From positions 6,629 through 70,628 of the forward strand of contig JACIWQ010000002.1 of the NCBI GenBank assembly GCA_014360895.1: 64,000 bases of DNA. The letters run 5' to 3'. The position numbers were made by a program, and so were the translations under genes. The notes under the pieces are model-generated. The model ran no database searches. It saw nothing but the letters and a program-made list of their open reading frames with translations, and had not been told where the DNA came from. Positions 27,346 to 37,346 of this stretch are shown here, in pieces. The first letter of the stretch is position 1, and each line of letters opens with the position of its first letter. The stretch is from Thermoflexales bacterium (GTDB taxonomy: Bacteria > Chloroflexota > Anaerolineae > B4-G1 > DUEL01).

Positions 27346-29496
27346 CTACAGATACCGCTGCACCACAGCGACGACGTCCGGGTAGTCAATCCCCAGCCGC
27401 TTCAACGTCTCCAGCGTGGGGACGCCATCCCGGGTCCAACCCCGGCGGGCGTAGACGGCGTCCTTCAGCCGCTCGTACTGCTCCTCCCGGTATTGGCGCA
27501 GCGCGGCCAGTTTCTCCTGGGTCGTCATCTTCGCCGGGTCCAGCCCCAGCAGTTCCCGCAACTGTTTGTCGTACCGCTCGGCGCGGGACTCGTACTCCTC
27601 CACCGTCACCGGCCCCATAGAGCGATAGGGGACGTTGTCGTGTTCCCGGCGGCCGTAGCCCCGGCGCAGGTTGAAGACCCGCTGGAAGTTGTAGACCCGC
27701 TCGGACATGGTGATGAGGTCCTCGCGGGTAATCTGCTTGCCCGTCACGCCGGAGAAGAGGTCCACGTAGTTCTGGACGTGAGCCGGGATTTTGGCCGGTT
27801 CGGAGGTGTACTTGTTGTCGGGCGGGATGATGTCGTTCCAGGGGAGTTTGCAATGGCCCACCAGGCCGAACCAGGTGCGGAACATCGGGAAGTAGTGGAG
27901 CGCCTCCGCCTTGTCCTCAAAGGTGGGCAGCAGGTTGCTGACCATGTCCATAAAGATGAGCCAGGCCTCGTCGTGCTGGGGACCCTTGTTGGCCAGACCG
28001 TAGCCGCCCTGCTGCGCCAGCGACTCTTTGGAGACGTACTCGGAGTACTCCAGCCCCTTGGCCTCCATCCCGATGTCCTGGACGAACTGGGGGTCGGCGC
28101 CGAAGTGCTCCACGAAGTACTTCTTCATAAAGCGGATGCCCTGCCCGGCGATCTTGCCGAAGCCCTCGCCCCGGGCCATCTGGTGGAGCAGTTCTATGGC
28201 CGCGTCGGCGTTGCCGAAGCGGAGTTCCAGCCCGCCGGTCTTCTCTTTATCCAGAACCCCGGCCTCGTAGCACTCCATCACGAAGGCGGTGAGGGTGCCG
28301 AAGGAGATGGTGTCTATCCCGTAGGTGTCGCAGTAGAAGTTAATTTCCAGGATGGCGTCGGGGTCAAAGATGCCGCAGTTGGTGCCGACACCGGCCACCG
28401 TCTCGTACTCCGGCCCGTCCACGATGACCTTCTGGCCCTTGTAGGGGCCGGTGCGGACGGTGTAGCCGTCCACGGCGTGGGAGCAGGACATGGTGCAACC
28501 GTACCAGCAGCCGTCGGGGAGGCCCTGGCGGAAGCGGGACTCCCAGACATCGCCGTTGACTTTGGAGGCGTCGGGATGGCCGCCGTATTTGAAGTTGTGG
28601 ACGGGGAGGAGGTCATAGTCGCTCATAATCTGGACCAGGTAGGTGGTCCCCCGACGGCGCATGCGGTTCTGGGAGTCGTCGTAGTCGTGGATCTCCTTAT
28701 GCAGGCGCATACCGGCGCGGGCGATGCGCTCCGGGTCGGCGGGGTGGACAGAGTCGGCGCGGACAGGCGGGCTCTTGACCACCAGCGCCTTAATGTGTTT
28801 ATTCCGGAAGACGGTGCCGGTGCCGCCCCGGCCGGCCTGCTTGAAGCGGAACGCGCCCCGGCGGCGATCGTAGAAGGCGAAGTTGAGGCAGCCGATGCGG
28901 GTGTGCTCCGCCCCTTTTCCGGCGGAGACGGCGGACATGAAGTACCGGTCCTCCTCCTTCTCCGCCATCTGCCGGATGAGCCACTCGCCGATGAGGTGGG
29001 TGTCCACCGGGGCATCGGGGGCCTCCTCTATGGTGATGCGGCCCTGCTGCCCGTCTATGACGACGATGACCTCCCGGTCGGCCTTGCCCTGGATCTCTAT
29101 GGCGTCCCATCCGGCGAACTTGAGGAGGGGGCCGAAGTGGCCGCCGACATTGGAGTCTATGGGGATGTCGGTGAGGGGGGAGATGGTGACGACCAGGGAC
29201 TTGCCGGAGCCGGGGTACTGGGTGATGCCGCCGATGGGGCCGGAGGAGATGACGATTTCGTTCTCCGGGTCGTTCCACTTCGTGTCGTCGCGGGTCCCCT
29301 GCCAGAGGAGCCAGAGGCCGAACCCCCGGCCGCCGATGAACTTCTCCTTCATCTCCTCGGTGACCGGTTTGGCGGCGATGGTGTAGTCGGAGAGGTTGAC
29401 GTAGAGGGTCTGCCCGGTGTAGCCCCGCTCCACCGGCGGGACGGTGTAGGTGTATTCGGCCAGAACCTTGCGGGTGGGTGAAGACTGGTCAGTCAT
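27346..29496 (-). CDS. Aldehyde:ferredoxin oxidoreductase family (tungstopterin AOR-like)
   Basis: AOR_N and AOR_C domains (FIGGRGFGLWLLWQ...). The start was moved to ATG 29496, which has a GGAGGA RBS. Confidence 0.8.
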   Translation of the reverse strand: MTDQSSPTRKVLAEYTYTVPPVERGYTGQTLYVNLSDYTIAAKPVTEEMKEKFIGGRGFGLWLLWQGTRDDTKWNDPENEIVISSGPIGGITQYPGSGKSLVVTISPLTDIPIDSNVGGHFGPLLKFAGWDAIEIQGKADREVIVVIDGQQGRITIEEAPDAPVDTHLIGEWLIRQMAEKEEDRYFMSAVSAGKGAEHTRIGCLNFAFYDRRRGAFRFKQAGRGGTGTVFRNKHIKALVVKSPPVRADSVHPADPERIARAGMRLHKEIHDYDDSQNRMRRRGTTYLVQIMSDYDLLPVHNFKYGGHPDASKVNGDVWESRFRQGLPDGCWYGCTMSCSHAVDGYTVRTGPYKGQKVIVDGPEYETVAGVGTNCGIFDPDAILEINFYCDTYGIDTISFGTLTAFVMECYEAGVLDKEKTGGLELRFGNADAAIELLHQMARGEGFGKIAGQGIRFMKKYFVEHFGADPQFVQDIGMEAKGLEYSEYVSKESLAQQGGYGLANKGPQHDEAWLIFMDMVSNLLPTFEDKAEALHYFPMFRTWFGLVGHCKLPWNDIIPPDNKYTSEPAKIPAHVQNYVDLFSGVTGKQITREDLITMSERVYNFQRVFNLRRGYGRREHDNVPYRSMGPVTVEEYESRAERYDKQLRELLGLDPAKMTTQEKLAALRQYREEQYERLKDAVYARRGWTRDGVPTLETLKRLGIDYPDVVAVVQRYL

Positions 29497-29579
29497 TGCT
29501 CTTCCTCCGAGTTCAAATTTGTACTTCTCTTTAAATCTGCGGAGCAAAATTAAACTTTTCGGCTCAAAAGTTTAATTTG

Positions 29580-30782
29580 CTATTTTGCATGTGCCGGTGT
29601 CCACTCCTCTATGAGAACCTCCAGGATCGGTGCAGCCTGGTAGGTTTTGCCGTAAGAGCCGTCGCTGGCAGGGGTCAAGACACCCACTTGGATAAGTTTC
29701 TGCACAATTTGTTTGGCGCCGGGGTAGGAAATCCCCAGCCTGCGTTGAACCTCCGGAATGGTCAGGACCGGAGTATTGAAGAGTTCATCTACCAAGCGCA
29801 GCGTCAGGGCAGAGGTATGTGCATGAATCAGTCGCTTGCGCCACTCCTCCCGCAGGTCCTGCAACCTCCGGGCCCGCGCGACGGCGTCCCGGGCCTGTTC
29901 CGCCACGCCGCGCAGGAAGAAGAGGACCCAGTCCCTCCAGGCCCCGCGCTCGCTGACGGCCAGGAGCAGGTCGTAGTATGCCTGGCGGTGGCGGTAAAAG
30001 TAAGCGCTCAGGTAAAGCAGGGGCAGCGGCAGCAGTCCCCACTGAATGAGCAGAAGAGAAATCAGCAACCGGCCGATGCGCCCGTTGCCGTCCACAAAAG
30101 GATGGATGGCCTCAAACTGATAGTGGATGAGGGCCAGGCGCACCAGCGGTGGATAAGGGTCATCGTTCCTGTGCAGATACGCCTCCAGTGCATTGAGGGC
30201 TTCCTGCATCTGCGGCACCGGTGGTGGGACGAAAACGGCGTCCTTCAACGTACACCCAGGTGGCCCGATCCAGTTCTGGGTGCGGCGAAACTCGCCGGGA
30301 GTGGTATGCTCTCCTCTCACTCCTGCCAACAGACGCTCGTGCAACTCGCGGAGGAGGCGCAGGCTGACCGGCAAGTTCTTCAGTCGTTCCAGCCCGTATT
30401 CCAGAGCGTTCACGTAGTTCAGCACCTCCCGCACGTCCGCTTCGGACGGGGGCACCTCTATGCCGGGCAAAGGCAACTGTCGGGCTTCGTAGGCATAGAG
30501 ATCGGTAATGTCAGCCTGGGTGCCCTCAATGCGGGAGGAGAGGACGGCCTCCCGACGGATAAAAGGCCCGATGAGCAGGTGGGGATTTGGTATCGTCCGC
30601 CCCAGACCGGAGAGTTCCGCCAGTGCACGGTCGGCCTCGGAGAGCGCTTTCGCCAGAGGCCAATCTATCCGCAATTTGGGGGGCAGAGGGTTGGGAACGA
30701 AGGCCCAATATGCGGCCTCGCCTTCTCCCACCCGAATCACCTGCCCGGCCGTGCTGTTGCGAAACCGTTGGGGGTCCATCAC
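29580..30782 (-). CDS. Fic/DOC-family protein with a C-terminal winged-helix domain
   Basis: The Fic motif HPFVDGNGRIGR is present. Confidence 0.8.
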   Translation of the reverse strand: MMDPQRFRNSTAGQVIRVGEGEAAYWAFVPNPLPPKLRIDWPLAKALSEADRALAELSGLGRTIPNPHLLIGPFIRREAVLSSRIEGTQADITDLYAYEARQLPLPGIEVPPSEADVREVLNYVNALEYGLERLKNLPVSLRLLRELHERLLAGVRGEHTTPGEFRRTQNWIGPPGCTLKDAVFVPPPVPQMQEALNALEAYLHRNDDPYPPLVRLALIHYQFEAIHPFVDGNGRIGRLLISLLLIQWGLLPLPLLYLSAYFYRHRQAYYDLLLAVSERGAWRDWVLFFLRGVAEQARDAVARARRLQDLREEWRKRLIHAHTSALTLRLVDELFNTPVLTIPEVQRRLGISYPGAKQIVQKLIQVGVLTPASDGSYGKTYQAAPILEVLIEEWTPAHAK

Positions 30783-30785
30783 TCC

Positions 30786-31043
30786 CTACGGGTCCAGGCG
30801 ATATTGTGGGTCATCTGGGGCGCTGTTCCGCAGCCACGCCGGTACATCCTCCCCATCCGGGTTCAACCAAAGAATAGCGGAAAGGTCGGGAATCTGTTTA
30901 GCAAGCTGAGAAAACTGCTTCCGTTGTTTTTCGTTCAAGGAAATCACCCGGCGGTCAGTTTCCAGAGCAAGTTCTACCAGGAAGAGGTCTTTTTCTATCT
31001 GCTTGGTCCCTGGCCATAATGCCTGCGCCTGGGCGTTCACCAT
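30786..31043 (-). CDS. Small hypothetical protein immediately upstream of fic (possibly co-transcribed)
   Basis: 85 aa ORF whose stop is 3 nt before the fic start. The region is AT-richer than its flanks. Confidence 0.35.
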   Translation of the reverse strand: MVNAQAQALWPGTKQIEKDLFLVELALETDRRVISLNEKQRKQFSQLAKQIPDLSAILWLNPDGEDVPAWLRNSAPDDPQYRLDP

Positions 31044-31058
31044 ACGCCATGTGCAACA

Positions 31059-31618
31059 TTATTTCACAGAGACCAACCCTGCGAAATCCAGGGGTGGACG
31101 TCCGTGCTGTAAATTCAACCACACCCAAACGGTGTGAGCCAAGATCTTGCGGAACCATTTCGCCAAAAGTGTCCACCCCTTGCGCACCCGCATAGATTGT
31201 ACCTTGAAACGCTCCGTCAGCGGGCTAATCACGGTCTCAATTTGCTGCCGAATGCCCTTTAGAGCCTGGGGAAGCACAAAACGCGTGGGTCGCATATTGC
31301 TTCGCAGGGGGTCAACAGGTACAGGTCGTACTCCTGTTGAAATTTCTCCTGCGTCTTGTCCCCCAGGCAGGCGGCGTGGTTAGGCATTCCCGCCACCAGC
31401 ACTTCGGTCAATTGGCTGTCGTGAGAGTTGGCCGGGAGCACACAGGCGGGTACAATCATTCCATTGGAAGCAATCCGCAGCCCGCCCTTGAAGCCGAAGT
31501 AAAACTCATCCTTACTGGCGATGAAGAGCTCTTCGTCCAACATCGCGGCATACCTCCAGGATAGTTTACCTGGAAGTATACCCCAAAAATCAAGTTGCAC
31601 ATGACGTAGGTTGCACAT
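31059..31618 (-). pseudogene. Degraded transposase remnant (IS4/IS5-like C-terminal region) split over two overlapping frames
   Basis: Two overlapping ORFs, 31059-31295 and 31259-31618. An R..IE......K-like C-terminal transposase motif (IRQQIETVISPLTERFK) is present. The composition is AT-richer. The family assignment is tentative. Confidence 0.3.
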
Positions 31619-31626
31619 GACGTAAA

Positions 31627-33678
31627 TTATCTCTCCGGCTCGGGGCGGATCAGCCCGTGCTCTATCTCCTCTTGTAGCAACTTCAGGTCAGCGTCTACCA
31701 TCATTTTGACCAATTCCTCAAAGGAGACGGTGGGCTCCCAACCCAGGACCCGGCGGGCCTTAGAGGGGTCGGCGACCAGCAGGTCCACTTCGGCGGGGCG
31801 CATATAGCGGGGGTCCTGGATGACGTAATCCCGCCAGTCCAGCCCGACGTGGGCGAAGGCGATCTCGCAGAGTTCCCGCACCGAGTGGGTCTGGCCGGTG
31901 CCGACGACGTAGTCATCGGGGGCGGGTTGCTGGAGCATCAACCACATGGCGCGGACGTAGTCCCCGGCGAAGCCCCAGTCCCGGCGGGCATCCAGGTTGC
32001 CCAGCCGCAGTTCCTTCGCCAGTCCCAGTTTGATCTTCGCCACGCCGTAGGAGACCTTGCGAGTGACGAATTCCAGGCCCCGACGGGGGGAGTTATGGAT
32101 CCACCCCTGCCCAACCCCGGCATGGAAAGTGCCGGATTGGGTGGCGAGGTCAAACAGCCAGCCTCTATACGGGACGGGAGTGGTCTGGACGACCTCGGAG
32201 AGCGGACGCCGCAAGTGCTGACCCTTCTGCCCCGGAACCCCAGGGGAGTTGAGATTGATTTGGTAGTAGAGGCGACCGTCCCGCTCTTCCAGGCAGAGGA
32301 TGGCCCGCTGGTCCAGAGTGACCCGGGCTAACCAGTACAACCCGGCGGCCAGGGGGGCAGAGGCCGTTTTGAACCCCTTGAACTCGTACCGGACGGGGGC
32401 CCGCTGCAGGCCATCCCCGGCATTGTACCCCCGCAAAAAGGCCAGCCGGGCCTCCGGTCCGGCGTTCAGCACCCGTTGGGGAATCCGTTTGTGGCCGGAA
32501 CGGGTGTAGATGGTGCTTCGGATATAGCGGCCGTACTCGTTGGCCCCCGGAAGGTACAACTGACAGACCGGCTCTCCTCCCTCAAATCCACTGGGGTGTA
32601 CGGAGAACCGACTGCGGCAGCCGATCACCTGCCGGGCCACTTCCGCCACCTGTTCCAGAAACTGGACATCCTGACTGGTAATCTGGATTTTTCCCTCCTC
32701 GCTGATATATCCATCGGCCACGATGACGCCCAGCAGCCATGCCTCTGCTTCGGTCATCTGAATGGCATTGGTCGGCGGGGGGAGTTCTATCAGGGCCAGA
32801 TGGTCCCCGGGGCGCACCTCCTCCGTCCGTCGGGAAGAGGGCCGGCCGTTTTCTCCAACGAATACCTGATGGTCTGCGGTGGTGTGATAGACGGCCCCCC
32901 GAGCGGCCACGCGGTACACCTCTTTGTTCAGTTTGCGCTCAAAGCCGTTCCAGGTCGCCGTCATACAGGTGACCGGTGTCCATCCGCCCGCATCCCATAC
33001 TTCCAGGGGGTCGTCCGGGTCCACCTCGGTGGTGAAGCGGGTGGCGGTGTGGGGTTCGGTCCGGTGAGGAACAACATCCTCTATGGGCAGGATGTCTATC
33101 AGGCCATCCCGCCGGATAATCACCGGGGTCTCGCCTGTCACGCATTCGTGGTTGAACAGGATGCCGGAGACCGCATAGATACCGAAAGACTCCCGGTAGT
33201 TGACCGTGATCCAGTGGCCGTAGACCTTGGCCACTCCGTAGGGGCTGCGGGGGTAGAAGGGGGTCAGTTCGTTCTGGGGGACCTCCCGGACCTTGCCGAA
33301 CATCTCTGACGAACTGGCCTGATAGAAACGGATGCTGGGGTCTACGGTGCGGATAGCTTCCAGCATTCGGGTGACCCCCAGCGCGGTGACCTCGCCGGTG
33401 AAGACCGGTTGCTCCCACGAGGTGGGGACGAAGGACTGGGCGGCCAGGTTGTAGACCTCGTCTGGCTCGTATTCCCGCAGGATGGAGATGAGAGACCCCT
33501 GGTCCAGCAGGTCGCCGGAGACCAGGGTGATTTTGTCCTGGATGTGCTGGATGCGGGAGAAGTTGACCGTGCTGGTGCGGCGCACCATGCCGATGACTTC
33601 GTACCCTTTCTCCAGCAAAAATTCCGCCAGATACGAACCGTCCTGTCCGGTGATACCGGTGATTAAGGCTCGGGGCAT
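31627..33678 (-). CDS. gmd: GDP-mannose 4,6-dehydratase interrupted by an intein
   Basis: Exteins match Gmd ([25 protein letters not shown]...GILFNHE // [12 protein letters not shown]...). The start was moved to ATG 33678, which has an AGGAGG RBS. Confidence 0.85.
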   Translation of the reverse strand: MPRALITGITGQDGSYLAEFLLEKGYEVIGMVRRTSTVNFSRIQHIQDKITLVSGDLLDQGSLISILREYEPDEVYNLAAQSFVPTSWEQPVFTGEVTALGVTRMLEAIRTVDPSIRFYQASSSEMFGKVREVPQNELTPFYPRSPYGVAKVYGHWITVNYRESFGIYAVSGILFNHECVTGETPVIIRRDGLIDILPIEDVVPHRTEPHTATRFTTEVDPDDPLEVWDAGGWTPVTCMTATWNGFERKLNKEVYRVAARGAVYHTTADHQVFVGENGRPSSRRTEEVRPGDHLALIELPPPTNAIQMTEAEAWLLGVIVADGYISEEGKIQITSQDVQFLEQVAEVARQVIGCRSRFSVHPSGFEGGEPVCQLYLPGANEYGRYIRSTIYTRSGHKRIPQRVLNAGPEARLAFLRGYNAGDGLQRAPVRYEFKGFKTASAPLAAGLYWLARVTLDQRAILCLEERDGRLYYQINLNSPGVPGQKGQHLRRPLSEVVQTTPVPYRGWLFDLATQSGTFHAGVGQGWIHNSPRRGLEFVTRKVSYGVAKIKLGLAKELRLGNLDARRDWGFAGDYVRAMWLMLQQPAPDDYVVGTGQTHSVRELCEIAFAHVGLDWRDYVIQDPRYMRPAEVDLLVADPSKARRVLGWEPTVSFEELVKMMVDADLKLLQEEIEHGLIRPEPER
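32092..33144 (-). mobile_element. Intein (351 aa) with a LAGLIDADG homing-endonuclease domain, inserted in gmd between NHE and SPRRG
   Basis: N-terminal Cys directly after LFNHE. Two LAGLIDADG blocks ([25 protein letters not shown]). C-terminal HN followed by the extein Ser. Confidence 0.8.
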
Positions 33679-33691
33679 TGTACCTCCTAAC

Positions 33692-33723
33692 GCAAGTTGG
33701 CAAGTTGGCAAGTTGGCAAGTTA
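33692..33723. repeat. Tandem octamer (CAAGTTGG) x4
   Basis: Perfect tandem copies that are the reverse complement of the octamers at 34191-34254. Confidence 0.8.
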
Positions 33724-34140
33724 TGATTGGCGACGGTAGCGGCGCTGGCGCTCAATGTTGGGGGCCAGCATAGCGATGATTTCATCCAGAAGGGCCAGGC
33801 GGTGTTCCAGCACCTCGCGAGGGAGCAGGTGGTGGGCGCGGTAGTACCACCCCCGGCTTTCCCGCGCGGAGCCTATAGCAATCCGCAAGAAGTAAGAGAA
33901 CTCCTTGCCATATCCCCGACCGTATCCTTCTTCAATGTTAGCGCAAATAGAACCCGCGCTGCGAATTAATTGCTCCGCAATGGCCCGCCCTCGGGGGTCT
34001 CTGATCAGAATCGCGCAGTCCTGCCACGCCAGTTCAAAAAGGTATAAGGCCTTCGGATAAACCTGAAATCTCCAGAGCGGGTCCTGGCAGATACTCTGCG
34101 GCACCGTCCCGGCCCATTCCTCAAAGGTGATCCACTTCAT
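33721..34140 (-). CDS. Four-helix-bundle protein (TIGR02436 family)
   Basis: ...AIGSARESRGWYYRA... is typical of the family. The start was moved to ATG 34140, which has a GGGAGGG RBS. Confidence 0.7.
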   Translation of the reverse strand: MKWITFEEWAGTVPQSICQDPLWRFQVYPKALYLFELAWQDCAILIRDPRGRAIAEQLIRSAGSICANIEEGYGRGYGKEFSYFLRIAIGSARESRGWYYRAHHLLPREVLEHRLALLDEIIAMLAPNIERQRRYRRQS

Positions 34141-34190
34141 GCTTCCCTCCCAATGCATCTTGGTTATCAACCTGTCCCCTTGCTCCTGTG

Positions 34191-34254
34191 CCGACTTGCT
34201 CACTTGCCGACTTGCTCACTTGCCGACTTGCCCACTTGCCGACTTGCCCACTTG
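34191..34254. repeat. Tandem 16-mer (CCGACTTGCYCACTTG) x4, equivalent to 8 octamers of CCRACTTG-type
   Basis: It overlaps the 3' end of the rmd-like gene and encodes its odd tail ...GKSASGQVGK. Confidence 0.8.
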
Positions 34255-35193
34255 CCCTCTCCAGTACTCTAAGGTCTCTCTCAACGTCTGCTCAAGGGGA
34301 ATCTGCGGCTCCCAGCTGGTGCGGCGGCGGAACTTCTCCGCGCTCCCGTAGATGACGGGCACGTCGGCGGGGCGGTAGAGGGCCGGGTCCACCTCCACCT
34401 GGACCTCCGCGTCGGTGAAGGAAAGGAGCGTCTCCAGGATCCAGCGGATGGAGCGGGCCACGCCGGAAGCTAGATTGTAGACCTCCCCGGACTCGGCCTC
34501 CGTCGCCGCCAGGTAGTAGGCCCGGACGATGTCCCGGACGTCGGTGAAATCCCGCGCCACATCCAGATTCCCCACCCGCACTACCGGCTCCTGGAGTCCG
34601 GCCTCAATGCGGGCAATCTGTTGGGCGAAGGCCGGGACGACGAAGCGGGGGGACTGCCCCGGCCCGGTGTGGTTAAACGGCCGCAGCCGAACCACGTCCA
34701 TCCCGTAGGCCAGATGGTACTGGAGCCCCAGGAAATCCTGCCCCACTTTGCTGACCGCATAGGGGTTGACCGGGCGCAAGGGGCTCTCCTCGGTGAGGGG
34801 GAGGTCTTCCGGCCGGGGCCAGCCGTACTCCTCGTTGGACCCGATGACAATGACTCGCGACCGGCCTCCCGCTCGCCGTACCCCCTCCAGGACGTTCAAC
34901 TGGGCCCGCAGGTTGTTCTCTATCGTCTCCCACGGGTCGGCGAAGGAGGTGGGGACGAAAGATTGGGCCGCCAGGTGAAAAATGACGTCGGGGCGGAAAT
35001 CCCCCAGCAATTCGGCCACCCGCGCTCCGTCCCGCAGGTCCAGGTGGACCAGGGAGAGGCACGACTGGGGCCGGGGGTCCGCCACCGGCTCCGGATAGAC
35101 CGTCCCCAAAAGCTCCCAGTCCGGTTGGGTCAGGAGATAGTCGCAGAGATAACGTCCGACGAACCCCCCGGCTCCGGTAATCAGCGCGCGCAT
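34216..35193 (-). CDS. GDP-4-keto-6-deoxy-D-mannose reductase-like SDR (Rmd/GDP-sugar epimerase-reductase family)
   Basis: MRALITGAGGFVGRYL with YxxxK. It is adjacent to gmd, which suggests GDP-deoxyhexose synthesis. Confidence 0.65.
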   Translation of the reverse strand: MRALITGAGGFVGRYLCDYLLTQPDWELLGTVYPEPVADPRPQSCLSLVHLDLRDGARVAELLGDFRPDVIFHLAAQSFVPTSFADPWETIENNLRAQLNVLEGVRRAGGRSRVIVIGSNEEYGWPRPEDLPLTEESPLRPVNPYAVSKVGQDFLGLQYHLAYGMDVVRLRPFNHTGPGQSPRFVVPAFAQQIARIEAGLQEPVVRVGNLDVARDFTDVRDIVRAYYLAATEAESGEVYNLASGVARSIRWILETLLSFTDAEVQVEVDPALYRPADVPVIYGSAEKFRRRTSWEPQIPLEQTLRETLEYWRGQVGKSASGQVGK

Positions 35194-35301
35194 AAGTCGT
35201 CTCCGAAACGGCCAAACGGTTGTGACGTAGAGATTATACCCCAGAGAAGGGGAGTTGCCAAACCGGCCGGGTGGGTTATACTATGCGGGGAGGGTTCAGG
35301 G

Positions 35302-35946
35302 ATGGCGCCGAACGAATACCCCAGGCCAATGGTGACCGTGGATGTCGTCATCTTCACTCTGCGGGAGAACGACCTGCAGGTGTTGCTGGTCCGCCGCCGC
35401 AATCCCCCCTTCGCTGGGATGTGGGCGATCCCCGGAGGGTTTGTGGACATAGACGAGCCGCTGGAGACGGCGGCATTGCGGGAACTGGAGGAGGAGACCG
35501 GCATCCGGGACGTTTATCTGGAGCAGTTCCATACGTTTGGCGACCCTGGGCGGGACCCGCGCGGGCGGACTATCACCGTGGCGTATCTCGCCCTGGTCCG
35601 GGCCGACCGGGTTCAGCCCCGCGCGGGCGATGACGCCGCCGAGGCCCGCTGGTGGCCCATGCGCGACCTCCCCCCTCTGGCCTTTGACCACGACCGCATT
35701 CTGACCTGCGCCCGGGAGCGCCTCCGCCGCCAACTGGACTGCCCGGCGGTCGTCGCCGGACTTCTGCCGGAGACGTTCACTCTCAGCGAATTGCAGGCCG
35801 CTTACGAGGCCGTCCTCGGCGAGAAGGTGAACCGTCGGGCCTTTCGCCGCAAAGTCCTGGCCGCCGGAATCCTTCAGGAGACAGGGGGATACCGGCGGGT
35901 GGACGGCCGTCCAGCCAAACTCTACCGGATCAGGAGCAATCGTTGA
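35302..35946 (+). CDS. NUDIX hydrolase with a C-terminal winged-helix domain (NrtR-like)
   Basis: Nudix box GGFVDIDEPLETAALRELEEETGI. Start ATG at 35302 with a GGAGG RBS. Confidence 0.7.
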   Translation: MAPNEYPRPMVTVDVVIFTLRENDLQVLLVRRRNPPFAGMWAIPGGFVDIDEPLETAALRELEEETGIRDVYLEQFHTFGDPGRDPRGRTITVAYLALVRADRVQPRAGDDAAEARWWPMRDLPPLAFDHDRILTCARERLRRQLDCPAVVAGLLPETFTLSELQAAYEAVLGEKVNRRAFRRKVLAAGILQETGGYRRVDGRPAKLYRIRSNR

Positions 35947-37274
35947 AAACTCGGCGACTCATCGGTCTGTACGTTGTACTGGCCCTCAGCCTGATCGGGA
36001 CAGGGTGCGCCGGACAGTCCTCGCGCCCTTCCGCTGTAGGGGCGACGGTTTCGCTGTACGGCGACCTGGAGCATCTGGACCCGCGCGGGGAGGTCATTAC
36101 CGTCTGGTATCCCGCATCCCACGAGGATGCCTTGCTGGCGATGCTGGACCGGTTCAACAGGACCAACCGGTGGGGAATTGCAGTACGGGGGGAGCGTCTG
36201 GAGGACTCCGCTGCCCTTTACGAGCGCATCCTGGAGGGGGCGTCGGCGAAGAAACTGCCCGACATGGCCATTGTCTCCCCGGGGTATCTGGGGGCTATCG
36301 CGACGAAAGGGCTGGCTGTGGAACTGACGCCCTACGTGAAGAGCCGCCAGTGGGGATTCCCGGTGGCGGAACTGGAGGAGTTTTTCCCTTCCGTCCTGGA
36401 AGTTGGAGAACTGAGCCAGCCGTCTGGGCGGTACGGCTTTCCCTTTGCCCTCTCGGCCGGGCTTCTGGTCTACAACCGGGGGCGGCTTCACCAGTTGGGC
36501 TACGACCATCCGCCCCGTACCTGGGAGGAGTTTCGGGAAATGGCCTGCGCGGCCTCGGACCCGACCAGCGGCATCTACGGCTACGAATTTGCCGCCAGCG
36601 GCCCCACGTTTGTACGCCTGCTCATCGGTTGGGGGGGCCAGATGATGAGTCCGGATAGAAAAGAGTACACCTTCGGGGGGGCCGAGGGATTGGAAGCGTT
36701 GACGTTTCTCCAGGCCATGGTACAGGAAGGGTGCGCTCTCCGGGAGGCTCACTGGGAACAGGCAGAGGCGGATTTTGGGGCGGGCAGGGCGCTCTTCGTT
36801 CTCAGCAACACCTGGCACATTCCCCACTACCGGCAGGTTGCGGCGAAACGGGAAGGGCTGGACTGGGCGGTAGCCCCTTTGCCGACTTCTACCGGCGCGC
36901 CGGCCACCGACCTTTTCGGCCTCTCCTGGTTCATCCCGCCTACCACTCCCCGGCGGCAACTGGCGGCATGGCTGGTGGTCCGCTGGATGAACGAACAGCC
37001 CCAGCAGGAACGCTGGGTATCCGCCTATGGCTACCTTCCTCATCGCCCGCTTTCTCCCGAAGCCCGGGATGCGCTGCTGGAAGAGACTCCCCAGTATGCC
37101 GATGCCCTGGCTCTGCTGGAGTTGGACGCGGTGGTAGAGCCGGCGGTCCCCGGCTACGAACAATGTCGGGATATTCTGGGGGCTATGGTGAGCGCAGTGG
37201 CTGAGGGGGAGGACCCCGCTTTCTGGCTGAATTGGGCGGCCGAATCCTGCCAGGCCGCTCTGGGCGGGCCCTGA
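35943..37274 (+). CDS. ABC transporter substrate-binding lipoprotein (family 1, sugar-type)
   Basis: Signal peptide with lipobox LIGTGCAG. SBP_bac_1-like length and motifs. The TTG start overlaps the NUDIX stop. Confidence 0.65.
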   Translation: MKTRRLIGLYVVLALSLIGTGCAGQSSRPSAVGATVSLYGDLEHLDPRGEVITVWYPASHEDALLAMLDRFNRTNRWGIAVRGERLEDSAALYERILEGASAKKLPDMAIVSPGYLGAIATKGLAVELTPYVKSRQWGFPVAELEEFFPSVLEVGELSQPSGRYGFPFALSAGLLVYNRGRLHQLGYDHPPRTWEEFREMACAASDPTSGIYGYEFAASGPTFVRLLIGWGGQMMSPDRKEYTFGGAEGLEALTFLQAMVQEGCALREAHWEQAEADFGAGRALFVLSNTWHIPHYRQVAAKREGLDWAVAPLPTSTGAPATDLFGLSWFIPPTTPRRQLAAWLVVRWMNEQPQQERWVSAYGYLPHRPLSPEARDALLEETPQYADALALLELDAVVEPAVPGYEQCRDILGAMVSAVAEGEDPAFWLNWAAESCQAALGGP

Positions 37275-37346
37275 TCCTGGCCGCATGTTCATCCTATCAG
37301 GGAGAAGAAACGGCTGGGGGGTGGGCGGATCCGCCCACCCCCAACT

